Positions 8,992-19,500 of a DNA stretch of 64,000 nucleotides are shown piece after piece. The stretch lies in assembly GCA_034531195.2 (NCBI GenBank), contig JAVRBO020000103.1:16744-80743 (forward strand). Reading direction: 5' to 3'. The position numbers and the translations under genes are program-made. Numbering within the stretch: the stretch's first letter is position 1; each line of letters starts with the position of its first letter. The notes beneath the pieces were generated by a model. It was not told the DNA's origin and searched no databases. It saw nothing but the letters and a program-made list of their open reading frames with translations. The DNA comes from Nostoc sp. ChiSLP01. GTDB lineage: Bacteria; Cyanobacteriota; Cyanobacteriia; Cyanobacteriales; Nostocaceae.

Positions 8992-9387
8992 ATGAACCGC
9001 TTTGCCTCTATTTTTCTCGCAGGCTTGATAGCTTCTGGTTCAGCTTTGGCTATTTCTCCTAAAGCTGATGCCTCTTATCTTGCTGAGTTAGATAGCTATA
9101 GCTATCATCAAAATGATGATGCTAACTATGAGCTTCAGAGTCGTCACTATAGACATCGCGATTACGATCGCGATCGCGACTTCCGCAACATTCGTGACAA
9201 TCGCCGTCGTTACGACCGAGGCAATCATCGCCGCCATGACCGCGACAACTATCGCCGTGATGACGGCGAGAATTATCGCCGTTATGACCGCGACAACTAT
9301 CGCCGCCATGACAGGGATAACGACTTTCGCAATATTCGTGACGATCGCCGTCGCTATCAACGCGATCGCTATTGGGATCGTTATTAA
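8992..9387 (+). CDS. secreted low-complexity Arg/Asp/Tyr-rich repeat protein
   Basis: It has a Sec-type signal peptide MNRFASIFLAGLIASGSALAISPKADA. Repeats of DRDNYRRHDR / DFRNIRD(N/D)RRRY follow. This is the only frame that begins outside the repeat, and it begins with a signal peptide. Confidence 0.55.
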   Translation: MNRFASIFLAGLIASGSALAISPKADASYLAELDSYSYHQNDDANYELQSRHYRHRDYDRDRDFRNIRDNRRRYDRGNHRRHDRDNYRRDDGENYRRYDRDNYRRHDRDNDFRNIRDDRRRYQRDRYWDRY

Positions 9388-9737
9388 TCCCTCCGCTTTG
9401 ATTTATTAAGCTTGGTTCTACTTGTCGGTAGGACAGACACAATCTCTTTTTCCACTCATTCCCAAAGCTGACTTTTCACTCTTATTTAGAAAACTTTGCT
9501 TCTATTTCCAAGTAAGAATGCTTGCTTAGAAGTTAGATTTAGCATTAGTTTTTTCACATGACGTGAAAAGTCAGATTTCATCGTTCGCAATTGCTAAATC
9601 AAGACTATAGCGAAGTTTGTTAATTATTAGACCTGTTGCAAAAGTCCCAAACACCCCACCCCCAACCAAGGCTACCGCGTACACATAAGTTTTTTAGAGT
9701 TGTTGTGTAAGACACAGAAGGTTAATTTTTGCTCTTC

Positions 9738-9901
9738 GATGCAACAAAGGTGCAAGGCAATGCAACAAAGGTGCAAGGCGATGCAACAAAGGTGCAAGGC
9801 AATGCAATAAAGGTGCAAGGCGATGCAATAAAGGTGCAAGGCGATGCAATAAAGGTGCAAGGCGATGCAATCAAGGTGCAAGGCGATGCAATAAAGGTGC
9901 A
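9738..9901. repeat. 21-bp tandem array A (about 8 units, GATGCAA[C/T]AAAGGTGCAAGGC)
   Basis: I counted the units directly, starting at 9738, 9759, 9780, 9801, 9822, 9843, 9864 and 9885 (the last partial). The reverse complement shares TTGCACCTTTA[AT]T with array C. Confidence 0.95.
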
Positions 9902-10353
9902 GATCGAGATACTTGTGTCTACACCGTAGCCTTACAAGGGGAGGGGAGCTTTTACTTTATTCAAATGCGGGGTGGGGTTCCTTATTTTTGATTTATGCAA
10001 GAGGTCTATTTTTTTGTTGCTGAATAAATACCTAATATCAAGTTCGCTTAATTACTTACAAATCCTGAAACACCCCACCCGCCTTACGGCACCCTCCCCG
10101 AAGCTTGGGCAGGGTTGGGGAGGGGTAACGCGAGGACTGCAATTAACTAATCATCCGAACTTGATATAAATTTTTGGAAACGAACCACAAAGAACGCATT
10201 CGCGCACCGTCTCGTTAGAGAAGAACGCAAAGGAAGAAATTGCACGCTTCAAACACAGAGGCGCAGAGAGATAAGAAAGATTTTTTGAAATGGGTAATTA
10301 CAACTCAACTGTTGACTTCTTCTTTGCGCCTCTGGGTGAAACTAAATTTCTAC

Positions 10354-12606
10354 TTATACTAAACTTTCCACGCTTTCTTCTACTAAAGTGGGAACTTTGA
10401 CTTCTTGTTCAACTGCCAAGTCAAAGTCATACCACTCATTACGCCATTGCAGGCGAAACTTCAAACGCGTCCAGTGAGGTGGAAGATTGGGACAAGCCAC
10501 TGGCCCAAATTGAGTCATGCGGATACCGCCAAATCCAAAGACTACTGCTTGCCAAACTCCTCCAGCACTGGCGGCGTGAATTCCTTCACCTGCGTTGAGC
10601 CGCACATCTTCTAAGTCTACCAAGGCCGATCGCATGAAATGTGTATAAGCTTCGGTTGGTTGATTCAAGTCGCAGGCTAAGACTGCGTGAATGGCTGGGC
10701 CGAGTGATGAACCGTAGGTGTGGTCTGTGCGTTGGTTGTAATAGTCCCAGTTAGCGGCGAGGGTGTTATGGTCATAACGCTCCCGCATCAAATACAACAG
10801 CATCAACACATCTGGCTGCTTGAGAATCTGCTTTTGGCTTGTGGCTTCAATTCCCAATAGACCTTGCAGAGATTTGGTACGCGGTTCGTAATCAGCAAAG
10901 TTAATGTCTTCTAGCTGGAAAAAGCCTTCAAACTGCTCAATTAAACCTGTTTTTGCATCTTGATTCACGAATAAATGCTCTGGAATTTCTGCCCAACGGT
11001 GCAGACGTTCTGTAGTTAAGTTGAGTTTTTGCGCTAATTGGGCTGAGGTTTCGGGGTATGCTTGCTTGAGCCAGTCCCACAGCGCTAAAGCTGATTGTAA
11101 GTGCCAGTCTACCATGAGATTGGTGAAGGCATTATTATTGACGCGATCGTGATTTTCGTCAGGCCCAATTACATCCAGAATGTCATAGCTGTGGCGCTCT
11201 TGGTTCCACTGGACGCGACTTTCCCAGAAAACCGCCGTATCTAGGATGATTTCGGCGCCATAATCCCGTATCCATTCATCATCGTTGGTGGTGTGCCAAT
11301 AGTGTAATGCTGCATAAGCGATATCTGCGGTGATATGCACTTCGATGTCACCGCACCAAATACGGACTAATTCGCCGATTGGAGTTGGCACCCAGCGCGG
11401 GGTGACTTCATCGCCGGTAGCAGCACTTTCCCAAGCAAACATCGCTCCTTGATAACCTGCTTCTTGGGCTTTGCGTCTAGCTCCTGGTAAAGTGTGATAG
11501 CGGTAGGTGAGCAAGTTCCGGGCTAAAGCTGGCTGAGTGTAGGTGAGGAAGGGAAGAATGAAAATTTCCGTATCCCAAAAGATGTGTCCGCTATAGGCAA
11601 AACCAGAGAGGCTTTTGGGAGGAATGCTCACTCGGTCATCGTTACGCGGTGTAACGGCTAGTAATTGGAACAGATTATAACGGACGCTTAATTGAGCTTG
11701 GCGATCGCCTTCAATAATAATGTCACTGTCTTGCCACACTTGCTCCCATGCAGCAATGTGAGCAGCTAACAGAGTCGCGTACCTCGGTTCATCACTTAGC
11801 CTTTCTATGGCTGCGGCAATGGGGATTTCTTTCTCTCGTGAAGTAAATACAGTGACAATCTTTTCCACAGCCACTGTTTTTCCTGGGTAAAACTCAAAGG
11901 AGGTTGCCAAAGTCGGAGAACCGCAAACATTTTCGACGCGCACAGCTGTAGTGTCGTCTTCTACCACTAACTTAGCCGCCATCCCCAGTTGAATAGCTGA
12001 GTGCAGAGTTTGACTGTTCAGCCAGATAATTCGATCTACACCACTTTGGTTTATCGTTCGCCAATGTCTAACGCCTTGGGTATGTGGTTCGGCATCAAAC
12101 CTCGCTTCTACAGTAACCTCACCCTCAAAGTCTACGGATGTGATTTGAGTCCGAATTGCTAAAACATGTCGATCTGCTAAACTAGCGAACCGCTGAAAGT
12201 GAAAATCTAAAGTATGACCGCTAGGACTACGCCAGCGCACATCACGGCTAACTAAACCCAAACGCAAATCAAGCCGACGCTCATAGTTAAGAATTTCACC
12301 ACTGTCCATGCTAAAGCGTTCGCCTCCTACTTTGACTGTCAATGGCAGCCAGTTAGGACAGTTCACAAGTTCAGTATGAGCAATTTTTACATCATCATAA
12401 ACACCATGAATGAGCGTCGCACAAGAATCTTGAGAATACCCTTCCTCGAAACTACCTCGCACTCCCAAATAGCCGTTAGCAAGGGTGAAAACTGTTTCTT
12501 TGTGATGCAATCGCGTCGGGTCGAATTCCGTTTCAATAACGTTCCAATCAGTAGTATCAATCAATTGCTGATTTTGTTGAGAATTGTGAGTGGACGCGTT
12601 GAGCAT
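10354..12606 (-). CDS. glycoside hydrolase family 65 protein (kojibiose/trehalose/maltose phosphorylase-like)
   Basis: The 750-aa ORF shows the N-terminal GH65 beta-sandwich pattern (ETVFTLANGYLGVRGSFEE). The catalytic (alpha/alpha)6 region is also present (GHIFWDTEIFILPF, YHTLPGARRKA, GAMFAWESA). Confidence 0.85.
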   Translation of the reverse strand: MLNASTHNSQQNQQLIDTTDWNVIETEFDPTRLHHKETVFTLANGYLGVRGSFEEGYSQDSCATLIHGVYDDVKIAHTELVNCPNWLPLTVKVGGERFSMDSGEILNYERRLDLRLGLVSRDVRWRSPSGHTLDFHFQRFASLADRHVLAIRTQITSVDFEGEVTVEARFDAEPHTQGVRHWRTINQSGVDRIIWLNSQTLHSAIQLGMAAKLVVEDDTTAVRVENVCGSPTLATSFEFYPGKTVAVEKIVTVFTSREKEIPIAAAIERLSDEPRYATLLAAHIAAWEQVWQDSDIIIEGDRQAQLSVRYNLFQLLAVTPRNDDRVSIPPKSLSGFAYSGHIFWDTEIFILPFLTYTQPALARNLLTYRYHTLPGARRKAQEAGYQGAMFAWESAATGDEVTPRWVPTPIGELVRIWCGDIEVHITADIAYAALHYWHTTNDDEWIRDYGAEIILDTAVFWESRVQWNQERHSYDILDVIGPDENHDRVNNNAFTNLMVDWHLQSALALWDWLKQAYPETSAQLAQKLNLTTERLHRWAEIPEHLFVNQDAKTGLIEQFEGFFQLEDINFADYEPRTKSLQGLLGIEATSQKQILKQPDVLMLLYLMRERYDHNTLAANWDYYNQRTDHTYGSSLGPAIHAVLACDLNQPTEAYTHFMRSALVDLEDVRLNAGEGIHAASAGGVWQAVVFGFGGIRMTQFGPVACPNLPPHWTRLKFRLQWRNEWYDFDLAVEQEVKVPTLVEESVESLV

Positions 12607-13650
12607 GAGTAATAAAACCTATATCTTGGGACTAGCTGTAAACGGAATGAAATACACGTAGGAATAATATGGGAATCCGATTTGATTTGGAGAATCGCTC
12701 GTAAAAGAGAGGGAACGGGTAAAAAGGAATAAAGATGTACTAAGTTCTGTCGAAAAATCAAGTATGAATTCCATATCAAAATGATTCATTCCTTGTCTTT
12801 AGCGTCTACACTGAAATATAGGCTAAACACAAAGAAGCCACATTCTTAACAACAGTAACGTTTCACATTTCATCTGTCTACAGTTAGATTTCCTTAATAA
12901 TGCAAATTACAACCAATAAATCTCCATCAGATACAAATTGATACGATTTTTCTCCAATTTATTGCATACATCAGGACTGAGGTTTAAACGTGTATTGAGT
13001 CTGGTTATTAGCATTATGTTTTTGTGTTTGTCGCTGGTGAATGAAATTTGCAGTTTATCTTGCACCCACTCACCCATTGTGGAATAAAGAATATTTTCCA
13101 AACCTTGTTCGCTTTTCACGTCATCTCGAAAAATCCACGAAAAACCTAACCCTCTAACCTCTTTCCCGATGCGGGAAGGGGGAAAATTTAAAGTCTCTCT
13201 CTTTGCAGGAGAGAGATTTAGAGAGAGGTTTTCCAGATCCCGTGAAAAGTCAGCTAAACCTTAGACTTATTGCAGAAGTCGGGAAAAGGGGGTGCATGTT
13301 TGGTATTTTCCCTTTCCCCAATAAAGATGTATCCCTTTTCCCACAAGAGTGCAAAAAGTAATGAAAGCAAGAGGTCTCTTGTTATCCAGGCTTTAAACTG
13401 CAAACGTCGAGTTCTAAACTGCAAATGTCAAGGTTTTTTCTTGAAACTTCATAACTTTTTGTTCTTGTGCCAGAAGTGATATATTGGCACTTGAGCAAAA
13501 GAGGACAAGGGAAAGGGGAGAATTGAAAGGCGACAGCAAGAAAAAAGCCTTGTTCCAAATTGTACAATCCCTCGTCTTGTCTACGGTAGGCTCCCCGAAC
13601 ACACGTGAAATAATTTAAAAGGTTTGTATCGAGACACGTGGTGCTATACA

Positions 13651-14348
13651 TCAGGCGTTCATATTACAAGCTCTATCTTTAGATATGGGATTGTCACTTT
13701 AAACTCCATGCTGGCGATCGCCAAAGCACCGCAAAACGAAGTATACGACCTTTTGAGCGAACAACAGCGCCAGTTTCTAAATAATCTTTAAAATAGCGCC
13801 AAGAATCTCTTGGAATTAATCAACCCATCCTCGACCTAGCCAATATTAAATCTAAAAAAATGGAACTACAACTAGCTTCGATTTCAATTCAAGAATTATG
13901 TGACTCTTGTCTGAGCTTTGTTAAACCTTTAGCATTGCAAAAAAATATTCAGTTGAGCGTACAAATACCTGAAGAACTCGCACCCATCCAAGTTGATGAA
14001 GAGCGTATTCGAGAAGCGTTCATCAACCTGTTAAGCAACGCTGTTAAATATACTCCAGACGGGGGCAAAGTTTGGATTGAAATCCAACCACACCCCACAA
14101 AGAAATATATCTTTTTCAGCATCGTAGATACTGGCATTGGTATTCCTTCCGATGACCTGTTCCAATTATTTCAACCTTTAGAGCCGGATGAAAGTTCGCA
14201 CGCCCGTCGTTCTGCAAACACAGGTTTAGGATTACTAACTGTGCAAAGAATTGTAGAATCGCACGGTGGTAGCGTCCATGCTGAAAGTCAATTAGGCAAA
14301 GGCAGTAGATTCACAATCAAGCTTCCTTGGAAGAAGATGGGGGAGTAG
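13651..14348 (+). pseudogene. histidine kinase remnant (HisKA decayed, HATPase_c ORF intact)
   Basis: The 13860..14348 ORF is a complete HATPase_c domain (N-box NLLSNAVKYT, DTGIGI, GLGL). Upstream, HisKA-like sequence (..TLNSMLAIAKA..QQRQFLNNL*NSAKNLLELIN) carries an in-frame TAA at 13789-13791. A 1-nt deletion sits between LIN and ILDLANIKSKKMEL at about 13825. No sensor or N-terminal region is present, and the 5' limit is uncertain. Confidence 0.75.
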
Positions 14349-15322
14349 GGCGTGGGCATTAACAATTCAAAATTCAAAACTTGTACTGAGCTTGTCGAAG
14401 TATTCAAAATTCAAAATTAAAGACAATTTAAGAGCATGTTTGAAAAGTTTTGCGCGAATATAATTCGCTACTACACAAACGTTCGCGTAGCGTCTCGCAG
14501 AGAAGTCCCCCTGCGCGGACTAAGGTCAAATTAAGCTTTTTGAACCCACGTTCGCCCTTGGCGTTCCCGAAGGGTAGGTGGGTTTTGTTTGTGTAGCCGC
14601 GATTTCTAATCGCCGGGTCTGGTATGAATTTAGACTTTTCAAACAACCTCTAAGGCGGGGATTTAAACCCCGGCTGAAACTGGGGCTACCTGGAGAGATA
14701 GGGGTCTTAAACCCTTTTATTTACGATAAGGGACGCGGGGACGTGGCGAAAATTTCGGAACTAAAAAGTAGCCTTTGCAAAAAATCTACCCTTGTGAGGG
14801 AGTGGGGGAGCAAAGGAGAACTTGCTATAAGTCTTTCCCTAAACCTCCGTAACTCTGATGTTTTCACACAGAGAAATTTTAATAATGAAGCATATTTCAG
14901 CACAGAATCTGGCTGTAAAAACCAGACAGCAAAGAACTTTTAACCCTTTTGCCCGTTGCCTATTGCTTGTTCCCCGTATAAGTGATTATCCGTATTTCAT
15001 CCCAGTCGAGAGGCTGTGATGCAAAGATGTACAGAGATATTAATAAGTGATTATCCGGAGTTAGCATCTATTCCGGTTGAATAATTACAGTATTTTTCTA
15101 TATTTACGTATTAAGAGTAGTTTGCTAAATTCTATATTCAAATATTCCTCAGTGGTCGAGCTTGCAAAGCTTAAAATACGATGAACAACTTTTTTTTGCG
15201 TATTTGCACTGATTTAATTTTTTACAATAAATCCGATTATTCATAATATAAAAAAATAGTAAAGAAATTGGGTTTATATGTACAACTTAGACTAAAACTT
15301 CCCTTAAATCAAAACTAAAGAA

Positions 15323-16480
15323 ATGCAGAGTATGTCAGATATAGTTACTAAAAAGTTGGGAAATTTTTTGCAAGAGATAGAACAGCGATCGCACTTTCAC
15401 GCCGGCTATCCATACAATTTAACTTGTGATTATAGTGAGATAGTTAAATCTTTTAATTACATGTTAAATAATGCTGGCGATCCCTACGTAGAGCCAGACT
15501 TTGGTCTACACTCTCGTCAATTTGAACAAGAAGTATTATCTTTTTTTGCTCAACTTTATAAGATTCCAGAATATAAATTTTGGGGTTATGTAACTGCTGG
15601 GGGAACTGAAGGAAATTTATATGGGATGTTTTTAGCAAGAGAAATTTATCCCAATGGAATTCTTTATTCATCACAAGACTCTCATTACTCAATTCCGAAA
15701 GCAGCTAGATTATTTCGCATCAAACATCAAGTTGTAGATTCGCAAATTAATGGTGAAATGGATTATGACCATTTTGCAGAACTAATTAGCCAAAATCGTG
15801 AGTATCCAGCGATAATAAATTTAAATATTGGCACTACTGTTAAAGGTGCGATCGATAACCTAGACAAAGTTATCGAAATCTTAGAGCGTTATCAAATTAA
15901 AAATTACTATATTCATTGTGATGCCGCGCTTTCAGGATTAATATTACCCTTTTTAGATGGCGCTCCTCAAGTTAATTTTCAAAAACCCATAGATAGCGTA
16001 GCCATTTCTGCTAAATTCATGGGTTCTCCATTGCCTTGTGGCGTCGTCTTAACTAAGAAGAAATGGGTAGAAAGAGTGGAAACAATGATTGAATATATTG
16101 GTTCCAAAGATACAACTATTCTCGGTTCTAGAAACGGCCATACTCCTTTAATTCTCTGGTATGCACTGCAAAGCAGAGGTTACAACGGCTTAGCCAGAGA
16201 AGCAAAGGCCTGTATTCAGAATGCTCAATATCTTTTTCAACAACTTCAATTGAGAGAATACCCATGTATGCTCAATAAGTTTTCTACTACTGTCGTGTTT
16301 AAAAAACCATCTCAAAAATTAATTAAAAAGTGGCAGTTAGCAAGTTTTGAGAATTGGGTACATATTGTAGTCATGCAGAATATCGATAGAGAAAAAATCG
16401 ATACTTTTATTGATGAGCTTGTTTTAGAACAAAGGTTGTTTGAGCAAGTACAAGATTTACAGCTACAGGCAGTCAGCTAA
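15323..16480 (+). CDS. hdc: PLP-dependent histidine decarboxylase family protein (group II decarboxylase)
   Basis: The 385-aa ORF is collinear with Gram-negative PLP-type HDC (HAGYPYNL.CDYSE, FEQEVLSFFAQLYKIP..FWGYVTAGGTEGNLYG, DSHYSIPKAARL, NIGTTVKGAIDN, HCDAALSGLILPF, GSRNGHTPLILW). The PLP-lysine region reads ISAKFMGSP. An alternative start is at 15332. Confidence 0.8.
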   Translation: MQSMSDIVTKKLGNFLQEIEQRSHFHAGYPYNLTCDYSEIVKSFNYMLNNAGDPYVEPDFGLHSRQFEQEVLSFFAQLYKIPEYKFWGYVTAGGTEGNLYGMFLAREIYPNGILYSSQDSHYSIPKAARLFRIKHQVVDSQINGEMDYDHFAELISQNREYPAIINLNIGTTVKGAIDNLDKVIEILERYQIKNYYIHCDAALSGLILPFLDGAPQVNFQKPIDSVAISAKFMGSPLPCGVVLTKKKWVERVETMIEYIGSKDTTILGSRNGHTPLILWYALQSRGYNGLAREAKACIQNAQYLFQQLQLREYPCMLNKFSTTVVFKKPSQKLIKKWQLASFENWVHIVVMQNIDREKIDTFIDELVLEQRLFEQVQDLQLQAVS

Positions 16481-16537
16481 ATTATTATAAGACATGGGGC
16501 ATTGGTAATTAGTTTTAGACTAATGACTAATAACAAT

Positions 16538-19500
16538 TTAGTTCCTTAAGAAGTCTTTGTAACAAAAGTTAGCGGCAAGTAATCTTTCTACTTCTCCACT
16601 TTGCATAGGTGGTAAGAAGAAATATCCTTGTCCATAATCACATTGCAATGCCTTAAGTTGTGCTAACTGCTCTACAGTTTCTATTCCTTCTGCTGTTACA
16701 GACATATTCAAATTATGAGCTAACGTAACAATCGCTCGCACAATTTCTAAATTTTCTCCTCGACTACCTATATTATTGACAAAAGAACGGTCAATCTTAA
16801 TAGTTTTTATTGGTAGCCGATGTAGATAATTCAAAGACGAATAGCCAGTACCAAAATCATCCATATGTAACTCCACATCCAGCGCAGTTAACTCGGAAAG
16901 TACAGTATTAGCTAATTCAAAATTATCCATCAACAAACTTTCAGTAATTTCCAATTTCAATCTACATGGCTCTAGCCCAGTTTGCTGTAAAATCTGTTTA
17001 ACTTGTTTAAAGATATCGGCTTGGGTAACCTGTTTACCAGAAAAATTGACGCTAATTGTCAAGTTTAACGAACTAGGAAATTGTTGATGCCATGTATGCA
17101 TTTGTTGGCACGCTTGATAAAGTACCCATTGCCCGATACTAACAATCATTCCAGTTTCTTCTGCCAAGGGAATAAAATCTTGAGGGGAAACAATTCCTCT
17201 TTCTGGATGATGCCAGCGTATCAATGCTTCAAATCCAATAATTTTGCCAGTTATCAGTGAAACAATTGGCTGATAGTAAAGGCGAAATTCCTCTTGCTTG
17301 AGCAGCAATGCATGTCGCAGAGCAGTTTCTAATTCTAAGAGCAAAGATGCACTCTCGTGCATTTTTTCATCAAACACCTCATAACGTGCTTTACCAAGTG
17401 CTTTAGCAGAGTACATTGCCACATCGGCATCGCGGATAATCTGCGCTGCTTGCTGATAATCTGCTTTACTCAAAGCAATACCGATACTAGCATTAGTGAA
17501 TACCCTATGTTCATTCAATTGAAATGGTAAAGCTAGTACCTTTTTAATACGTTCAGCTATTTGTGTAGCGGTGTCAACATCATCAATTTCTTCAATTAAA
17601 ATTGTGAACTCATCTCCACCAAAACGGGCAACTATATCTCCGTTTCGGACAACTGATTTGAGACGATGAGAAATTGCAATCAAAAGTTGATTTCCTAGTA
17701 GATGTCCCAGGCTATCATTTACGACTTTAAAGCGGTCTAAGTCTAAGAAAAGTACAGCAAATAAATAATTTTTTTCCTGTTTAGTACGTTCTATTGACTG
17801 CTGCACCCGCTCGATAAATAAACGTTGATTGGGTAACCCAGTTAGTCCATCATGAAGGCTATTATGTAGTAATTGTTCTTGTGCTTCTTGACGCTTGATA
17901 ATGTCTTGTTGGAGTTGTTGATTAACTCGAATAAGTTCAATGGTGCGTTCTAAAACTAGTTGCTCAAGCTGGCAACGGTATTGGACTAATTCTTCCTCTG
18001 CCAGCTTACGTTGAGTGATGTCGCGTACAATCACAACATACTCTCGTAGTTGGGGATTAAACGGTCGGGAAACGGTCGATTCAACAATTCGCAGACCTTG
18101 GTTGATTTTTAAAGTTTGTTCGCTTCTAATAGACCATTGCTCAGGTTTGCCGTGATAGCACATTAAGAGTTGATTTAAATTTTGCCCAAGCAATTGCTGA
18201 ATAGTCAATTCAAATAATTCTTCAGCAGCTGCATTTGTTTGACAAATCATACCGTTTTCATCTAAGACTAAAACAGTATCTGGAACTGTATCGAGAGTAG
18301 TGATAAATAAGTTTTTTGCTTGTTTGCGTGCCTCATCAATAGCAACAATTTGTGGTAGAGTTGTCCAACAGGCGATCGCCACTCCTGCAAAAGAAAGCGT
18401 TACTAGTAAAATCGCTAATAAAGAGTTATGACTATCATTAGTAACTTTGCCTAATAAATCCCGGATAAACCAACTACTTGTAGCAGTAATACAAATTAGC
18501 GATACTAAGACAATCACCTGTAATACAACAAAGTCTGAATTGTGTTTGCTAGACTTTCCATCATAAAAGTCTGTCCAAAATTTTGGATACAATGCTGCAA
18601 AACTTACGCGACTTAGTACTGCATTTCCTAACATCAAAAAAAACGGTAATGATAATCCAACTAAAAAATATTTCCAATTCCAAGCTAAACCTCCTACTAT
18701 TAGAACTATCGTTTCTACAAAGAAAAAGCTAAGTGACCACCAAGGCCATAAAACCTCCGGTTGACCTCGACACAACCATAATCCTAAATGTAGCCCCATA
18801 ATCGACAACAGATAACAAGTACCTGCCACGGTTACTAATTGAGATACATTTCCTAAATTTAAACAAAGCAGACTGAGGAGAAAGGCAACTAAAATTGCTG
18901 GCCCAAGAACGCCTTGACGAGAAACTACTGTAAATATCTCAGAAACATGTCCGTCTAAGGCAAGTTGATATAATACGCGAGGAGAATTAGAAACTGCCGT
19001 AGCAGAACTTAAAAGGCAAGATACAGTAATTAAAAGTGTTACTAAAAATGAGGCATATTTGCCCCAAAAATGTACAGAAGCTGCTAGCAAATTTAAAAAA
19101 GCATCGTCGCCTATTGTTCTATTTGGGGCGGAACACATTAATACCCAAGAACTACCTAAAAAAACCGGAGGAATTAAGTAAGCAGCCACCGTTAAAAACT
19201 TCAAAGTTTTATCTGGATTGTGGCTATCAGCAACAAAAGAAGAAGTAGTTTCACAAGCATAAATTGAATAGCTAGACAGGAAAAACCACTTTGCCCATTC
19301 TTGAAAGCTCAAGTCTATACTAATTGCAGGTAAGTTAAAACTAGTGCTTGAGAAAGTTAACCATACTAGACCTTGAATGCAAAATAAAAACAGTAATAAA
19401 ATCGCTGGTAATACAAAAAATAAGTGCAGTAGCGCTAAAGCACGACTACCACTGAATGCCACAATAAAAGGAATTGCTGTAAATACAACCTTTAAAAAAG

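Noticed and set aside
9088-9442. Three further open frames cross the Arg/Asp/Tyr repeat (9088..9360, 9113..9409, 9122..9442). Likewise 23810..24145 and 23862..24239 cross the second charged-repeat gene.
   Set aside because: This is repeat-induced absence of stops. Only one frame at each locus has a credible start context (signal peptide, or SD plus ATG).
12907-13119. A 70-aa ORF has a segment (MLITRLNTRLNLSPDVCNKLEK) faintly like the C-terminal DUF4351 part of Rpn/YhgA-type PD-(D/E)xK transposase-like proteins.
   Set aside because: The similarity is a short pattern only. The ORF is isolated in a decayed, repeat-rich region. At best it is an unrecognisable remnant.
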